From Opitutia bacterium (GTDB lineage Bacteria; Verrucomicrobiota; Verrucomicrobiia; Opitutales; Opitutaceae), in NCBI GenBank assembly GCA_947478395.1, contig CANJVR010000004.1, positions 224,001 through 288,000 of the forward strand: a DNA stretch of 64,000 nt. The letters are read 5' to 3'. The stretch's first letter is position 1, and every line of letters starts with the position of its first letter. This document shows, piece after piece, positions 60,401 to 64,000 of this stretch. The position numbers and the translations under genes are program-made. The notes beneath the pieces were generated by a model. It searched no databases. It saw nothing but the letters and a program-made list of their open reading frames with translations, and was not told the origin of the DNA.

Positions 60401-60779
60401 GATGGCGGGCTCGACGAATCATATGCAGAGCCGGATCGACAATGGGGAAATCGTCGTGACGTACACCGACGGATCGACGGCGCGTCTGGCCCTGAGCAAT
60501 CCGGAGACGTGGTGGCCGATTGAGCAGGACTATTTTATCGACGACTATCAGTTCCGGTTGGATGGGCCGTTGCCCGCGCGGGTGGACCTTGCGAGCGGAA
60601 AAGTACGGGTGCTCGATCGCGAAAAATTTAAAGGCCGCGGTGGCGCGATCAAAGGCGGCGCGGCGACCGTGTTGGAGCTGACGTTGGATCCGGCAAAAAC
60701 GCTGCAATCGCTCACGGTGCGTGCGCTCGCGAACGACGTCGTGATCGGCCTGATGAGCGCGACGTTGGCGCGGGAGTGA
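57447..60779 (+). CDS. DUF4450-like secreted protein, putative glycoside hydrolase
   Basis: Signal peptide at MKFYSP; FNRPLYGGNTAFRV, HGAIAWR, IWASDDLQYSGG, WMPYSWSINNV. Confidence 0.72.
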   Translation: MKFYSPVFCAALFAATVVGSAQTPAALRVTPNLSGQIEHPLRYRPENGAFVIENGTETFNRPLYGGNTAFRVDGGDKPEFVLYLPGRGGNLRLGLSGAAGAKWLLDAARVTTSYVPGELRYEIRDPLLGADGVLRLAVIAYAQTEGVIVRAELEGSPRTAPLELVWAYGGVNGQRGTRDGDIGTERVPISEWFQLLPEFCRDDRIELAAAGGFTLRAKAATIVGVAPGAQAGLGDANLWRDLPALLASVSNAPLTSLPADALRVVVGRAPLVAREPLLISLQRVETAGAAPQDLETYREVTAERPGAVKRAPTKVALPPVFQPADLPRVFAESAAYFQALRTRVTIETPDAYINAAAAALNVAADAVWDEAQGGIMHGAIAWRTQLLGWRGPYSLDALGWSDRARKNLLHWSARQNTDAIPAKLPPADANANLARSETALHSNGDMSNSHYDMNAVFIDGLFRHLRWTGDVEFARTMWPVIERHLAWERRLFRREFGAQKLPLYEAYAVIWASDDLQYSGGGAAHASAYNYYHNREAARLARWLGVDAIPYEREAQAIAQAMRELLWMPERGTFAESKDLLGRQLVHPSAALWTIYHTIDSEVTTPAEAWAMTRYVEANLPQLPVRGPGVPADADYHMYASSDWMPYSWSINNVVMGENVHTALAFWEAGRSEAAFELTKSSLLASMFMGICPGNVGSMNYLDVYRRESQRDFADGSGVLSRALIEGLFGVRPDALAGELKIAPGFPVAWNDAKLRHPQVGFEFHRNARADTYVVEPHFAKPMQVRFQLPVLAATAQATVNGKAVTVTRLTGPAGAERIEITCPAASRSEIAVTWSGARVTPPAEVDPRRRFANRSTAASDQPGSAVPANYETVDLTKTFNDRVTEIFRLGKYVSPRSPYVSLALPAQGIGAWAGHMNEMAEIDDRGLRAVAAANGGKLTLPNGVPFATPAAADAKNIIFASQWDNYPRDASVALSGRARRLHLLMAGSTNHMQSRIDNGEIVVTYTDGSTARLALSNPETWWPIEQDYFIDDYQFRLDGPLPARVDLASGKVRVLDREKFKGRGGAIKGGAATVLELTLDPAKTLQSLTVRALANDVVIGLMSATLARE

Positions 60780-60787
60780 GAGTGGAG

Positions 60788-60875
60788 GTAGGGCGCGTTA
60801 TCCTTAACGCGCCGGTATGGCCCGCTTTTCTGGTGAGCAGTGTCGCAGCGGCGGGTTAAGGATAACCCGCCCTAC
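60788..60875. repeat. GTAG-type REP doublet (REPIN), copy 2
   Basis: GTAGGGCGCGTTATCCTTAACGCGCC ... GGCGGGTTAAGGATAACCCGCCCTAC. Confidence 0.85.
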
Positions 60876-60892
60876 CTTTAAATGCCCGCCAC

Positions 60893-62053
60893 CTACATCC
60901 CTGCGCCGTCGCGGAGGGTGTCGGCTGAGCAGGTGCGCCGGTAAAAATCGACGTAGTGCGAGACGATCGGCTCGGCGGAAAACATTTCTTTCGCCCGAAG
61001 CCGGGCCGCGGCGCCGAGCGCGGCTCGGCGGGTGGGATCGGCGATCAACGCATCGACGGCGCGGGCGAGCGCAGCCGTATCGCCGAGCGGTACGAGCACG
61101 CCGCTTTCGCCGTCGACGATCACTTCCGGCACACCGCCGACACTGGTCGAAACGCTGGGACAGCCAAACGCCATCGCCTCGAGAATGCTCAGACAAAAAC
61201 TTTCGCTCTCCGAAGCGAAGAAGCCGAGATCCGCGGCTTGAAGGTAATCTTCGATCGCAATGACGTTTTCGCGGACGATCACGCGGCCATGGAGGCCCAG
61301 GCGTTCAACGCTGGCTGCGTACGGTGAAAAATCTCCACCGGCTAGAATGAGCAGCTTGCAGGTGGAGCGCGCCTGCAGCCGGGCAAACGCCTCGATCAGG
61401 CTGTCGACCCGTTTCACGGGTCGAAGATTGGAAGCGTGCAGCAGGAGGAATTCGTCGTCCGCGACCCCCAGTTCCCGACGGACTTCGGCGCGCGTGCGAG
61501 TGGGCGCGCGCGGCTCGAAGAAATTGTGGATCACCTCGATCGGTCGTTTGACGGCGATCAGGCGCTGGGTTTCCCGCCGGAGAAATGCCGAGACCGTGGT
61601 GATTCCATCGGCGTGTTCGAGGGCGTGGCGGATGGCGGGACCGTAGCCGGCATCGCGTCCGAGGAGCGTGGTATCCGTGCCGTGCAACGTAGTCACGACC
61701 TTCGGCCGCCGGTGGGCGGGCAGCATGTCGCGCGCGAGAATGGCGGCGGTTGCATGCGGCACGGCATAGTGTGCGTGGAGGACGTCGAGTTCGTGTTCGC
61801 GGGCGACCTCGGCGAGTTTGACGGAAAGCGGCAGCGTGTAGTCCGGATATTTGAACAGCTCGTAGGCGTTGATCTCGACTGGATGGAAATGAATGCGCGG
61901 GGCGTCGAGCGGCAGGCGAAAGGGGCGCTCGTAGCTGATGAAGTGAACTTCGTGGCCGCGGCGTGCGAGTTCCTCGCCGAGCGCGGAGGCGAGGATGCCG
62001 CTGCCGCCGACGCTGGGATAGCAGGTGATGCCGATTTTTAGAGAATGGGTCAT
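60893..62053 (-). CDS. bshA: N-acetyl-alpha-D-glucosaminyl L-malate synthase (GT4)
   Basis: KIGITCYPSVGGSG, HAHYAVPHA, TTLHGTD, SNLRPVKR, ESFCLSILEAM. Confidence 0.9.
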   Translation of the reverse strand: MTHSLKIGITCYPSVGGSGILASALGEELARRGHEVHFISYERPFRLPLDAPRIHFHPVEINAYELFKYPDYTLPLSVKLAEVAREHELDVLHAHYAVPHATAAILARDMLPAHRRPKVVTTLHGTDTTLLGRDAGYGPAIRHALEHADGITTVSAFLRRETQRLIAVKRPIEVIHNFFEPRAPTRTRAEVRRELGVADDEFLLLHASNLRPVKRVDSLIEAFARLQARSTCKLLILAGGDFSPYAASVERLGLHGRVIVRENVIAIEDYLQAADLGFFASESESFCLSILEAMAFGCPSVSTSVGGVPEVIVDGESGVLVPLGDTAALARAVDALIADPTRRAALGAAARLRAKEMFSAEPIVSHYVDFYRRTCSADTLRDGAGM

Positions 62054-62126
62054 GGATAAGACCTATGGAATTTGTAGGGCTTATGAGCCGCGGAGAAACG
62101 AAAGACTCCGCTGGGCGTGCCTATCT

Positions 62127-62837
62127 TTAGAACCGTCGGGCGGAGCGGACCATCGGCGCGAGGGAATCGACGACAAGGGGATCGGCGGGCCAGAGCGGAA
62201 TGGCGTGAGCGACGCCCGCGCTGAGACCGTGCAGATGGGCGCGCGTCAGCTGGAGCTCGACGTAATCGCGCGTGGCGGCTTGCGAGGCGTGGGCTTTCAT
62301 CGCCGCGGACCACGGGGCGACGAAATCGGAGACGTTGACGACGAGGGCGGCTTGGTTGCGCGGTTCGGCCTCGGGTGTGATCGCGTAGAAAAACAGTGCG
62401 CCGATGGCATGCGCCGGGGTGTCGCGCAATTCCGGGACGCCGCCGTAGCGGGCAAGGCGGGCCGCGTTGCGGACGAGGTTTCCCAGCGTGTAGTGATCGG
62501 GGTGCTGGTTTTCGACCAACGTCGGCGCGAGCACCACGGCGGGGCGGATGCGGCGGATGATCGCCGCGAGTTTGAGGGTGTACGGGAGCGACGGGACGAA
62601 GTGGGCATCGCCGCCGAGGTCAGCAAATTCAAGCGAGGCGCCGAGAAGTTGGGCCCCTTTCTCGGCTTCGACGGTGCGCTGGGCGGGTGTGCCGTTGGTC
62701 CCGGATTCGCCCTTGGAGCAGACGACGAAATGAGTGGGCCGGCCCGCGGCGGTTTCGCAGGCGATGATGCCGCCGGCTCCGAATTCGATGTCGTCGGGAT
62801 GGGCGCCGAAAACAAGCAGGGTGTTGGTATCAGACAT
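62127..62837 (-). CDS. bshB: PIG-L family deacetylase, BshB-type
   Basis: GAHPDDIE, GESGTNGT..R..E, HPDH zinc motifs; adjacent to bshA. Confidence 0.8.
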   Translation of the reverse strand: MSDTNTLLVFGAHPDDIEFGAGGIIACETAAGRPTHFVVCSKGESGTNGTPAQRTVEAEKGAQLLGASLEFADLGGDAHFVPSLPYTLKLAAIIRRIRPAVVLAPTLVENQHPDHYTLGNLVRNAARLARYGGVPELRDTPAHAIGALFFYAITPEAEPRNQAALVVNVSDFVAPWSAAMKAHASQAATRDYVELQLTRAHLHGLSAGVAHAIPLWPADPLVVDSLAPMVRSARRF

Positions 62838-63600
62838 CGGTGTAGGCTTCGTCGGAACGATCGATGGTTTCACGCATGACGAATTCGATCTCGGGTGCGT
62901 CGGCTTTGTTGAGATAGGCCTGTTCGCCGGCGCCGGAGATGTAGTGCGTGCAATGCAGCACGGATTGCATCCAGCGCAAACGGCTGTCGCGCGAGGGGCT
63001 GATTTGAGCGGAGTCGAACGGCACGGGAGGAAGCGTGATAAACGAACTGCCCCCTTCGTGAAGCTGCAACGCACCATCGACGTGGCGGGCGCGGACGATT
63101 TCGCCCTCGTAGGGGACGTCGACAAAGAAATCCGAAATCGCGCAGGCGGTCCGGCGGAAGTCTGGATCGCCCGAGCGCGCGACGCGGATGCCCTCGAGCA
63201 ATCCCATGGCGCGGTACATCTCGAGGCAGAAATCCGCGACGTTGTCGGCGGCGACTTTCTTAAAAGCGTCGACCCACTTCGCGTCGACGAAAGCGGGAAG
63301 CTGGCGCGCGGTGTTGTCCGGCCAGCCCGCGGGAATGCGTTTGGCGTAGAGCGGGGAAAATTTCCGCTGCAGCTTGTTTGCGAACGCGAAGTTCAGGGTG
63401 AGCGGCGCGTCGGTTTTACGGTGACGGACGGTGGTCTGGGTTTCGCGGCAGTCGTGGTCGCTGTCGTGATAAAAGAAAACGATCTCGCCGCCAATCTCGG
63501 CCTGGAGCCGCCGGGCGGTTTGAAATTTGGCGAAGAGAAAACGCCGCGGAAAAAAACCGCACGGTTGTTGTCCGAAGCAGATGACGGGGCTGGTGCTCAT
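62830..63600 (-). CDS. Compact BshC-like protein (256 aa)
   Basis: FGQQ, FFYHDSDHD..E, SP..SRLRWMQ..HYISGAGEQAY recall BshC motifs; overlaps bshB start. Confidence 0.65.
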   Translation of the reverse strand: MSTSPVICFGQQPCGFFPRRFLFAKFQTARRLQAEIGGEIVFFYHDSDHDCRETQTTVRHRKTDAPLTLNFAFANKLQRKFSPLYAKRIPAGWPDNTARQLPAFVDAKWVDAFKKVAADNVADFCLEMYRAMGLLEGIRVARSGDPDFRRTACAISDFFVDVPYEGEIVRARHVDGALQLHEGGSSFITLPPVPFDSAQISPSRDSRLRWMQSVLHCTHYISGAGEQAYLNKADAPEIEFVMRETIDRSDEAYTDV

Positions 63601-63645
63601 CGGCGGCCGGGGCCAGCAGGTGACGGGGCGGAAGGATTGGAGATT

Positions 63646-63760
63646 TGGCCGCAAAAACGCGCGAAAATTTCCGGGGCGGCGGCGGGACCGTGAAGGCTTC
63701 TATAGGCGCGCGGGAGACGAGCGTCGGAGCCGGAGATAATATGGCGCCTTTTTGCGGCCA
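63646..63760. repeat. Inverted-repeat-bounded intergenic element
   Basis: Perfect 12-bp termini TGGCCGCAAAAA / TTTTTGCGGCCA. Confidence 0.6.
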
Positions 63761-64000
63761 TCACGGTTTGAGGTCGGCCGATTTCGGCAGTGCGGCTTGG
63801 AGGGCGAGGGCGAAGAGCACGCAGACGGCGCAACCGATCGGGTTCAACCACAGGTAGCCGATTTCGTGGGCCGGGTATGCTTTGCCGAGAAAGTAAATCG
63901 CGATGACGACTCCCTGTGCGGCCACTGCCGCCCAGAAAACCGCGGTGCCTTTCACGTGTTTCAGGAAGAACGCGACCATGAAGACCCCGAGCAACGTGGG
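63761..64000 (-). CDS. Sodium:solute symporter family protein, C-terminal fragment (cut by window edge)
   Basis: LLGVFMVAFF...IGYLWLNPIGC hydrophobic C-terminus. Confidence 0.65.
   Translation of the reverse strand, partial: PTLLGVFMVAFFLKHVKGTAVFWAAVAAQGVVIAIYFLGKAYPAHEIGYLWLNPIGCAVCVLFALALQAALPKSADLKP

Overview
High-GC bacterial chromosomal window; gene content and protein style suggest Opitutaceae (Verrucomicrobiota), which is inference. Left to right: a TonB-dependent receptor; a sugar-acid operon resembling the L-lyxonate pathway; clpB; a Type III-like res-mod island with a divergent XRE regulator; an orphan sugar-binding protein; two head-to-head DUF1552/DUF1592 modules around an aldo/keto reductase; psd; a ~25 kb same-strand locus for a sulfated uronic-acid glycan (beta-propeller sensor kinase, NarL regulator, six Cys-type sulfatases, GH88, PL6, alginate-lyase-family enzyme, TBDR, an unclassified GH88/GH105-like protein, an octaheme cytochrome-TPR protein) ending at tRNA-Leu(TAG); rhaM plus a DUF4450-like protein; a bacillithiol-type operon whose BshC-like gene is about half normal length; and a truncated sodium:solute symporter. 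Intergenic DNA carries several REP/REPIN-like and inverted-repeat families, one set nested. Best novelty candidates: the compact BshC operon, the glycan locus with its unclassified hydrolase and octaheme protein, and the paired DUF1552/DUF1592 modules. All family calls are by motif recognition; no searches were run.
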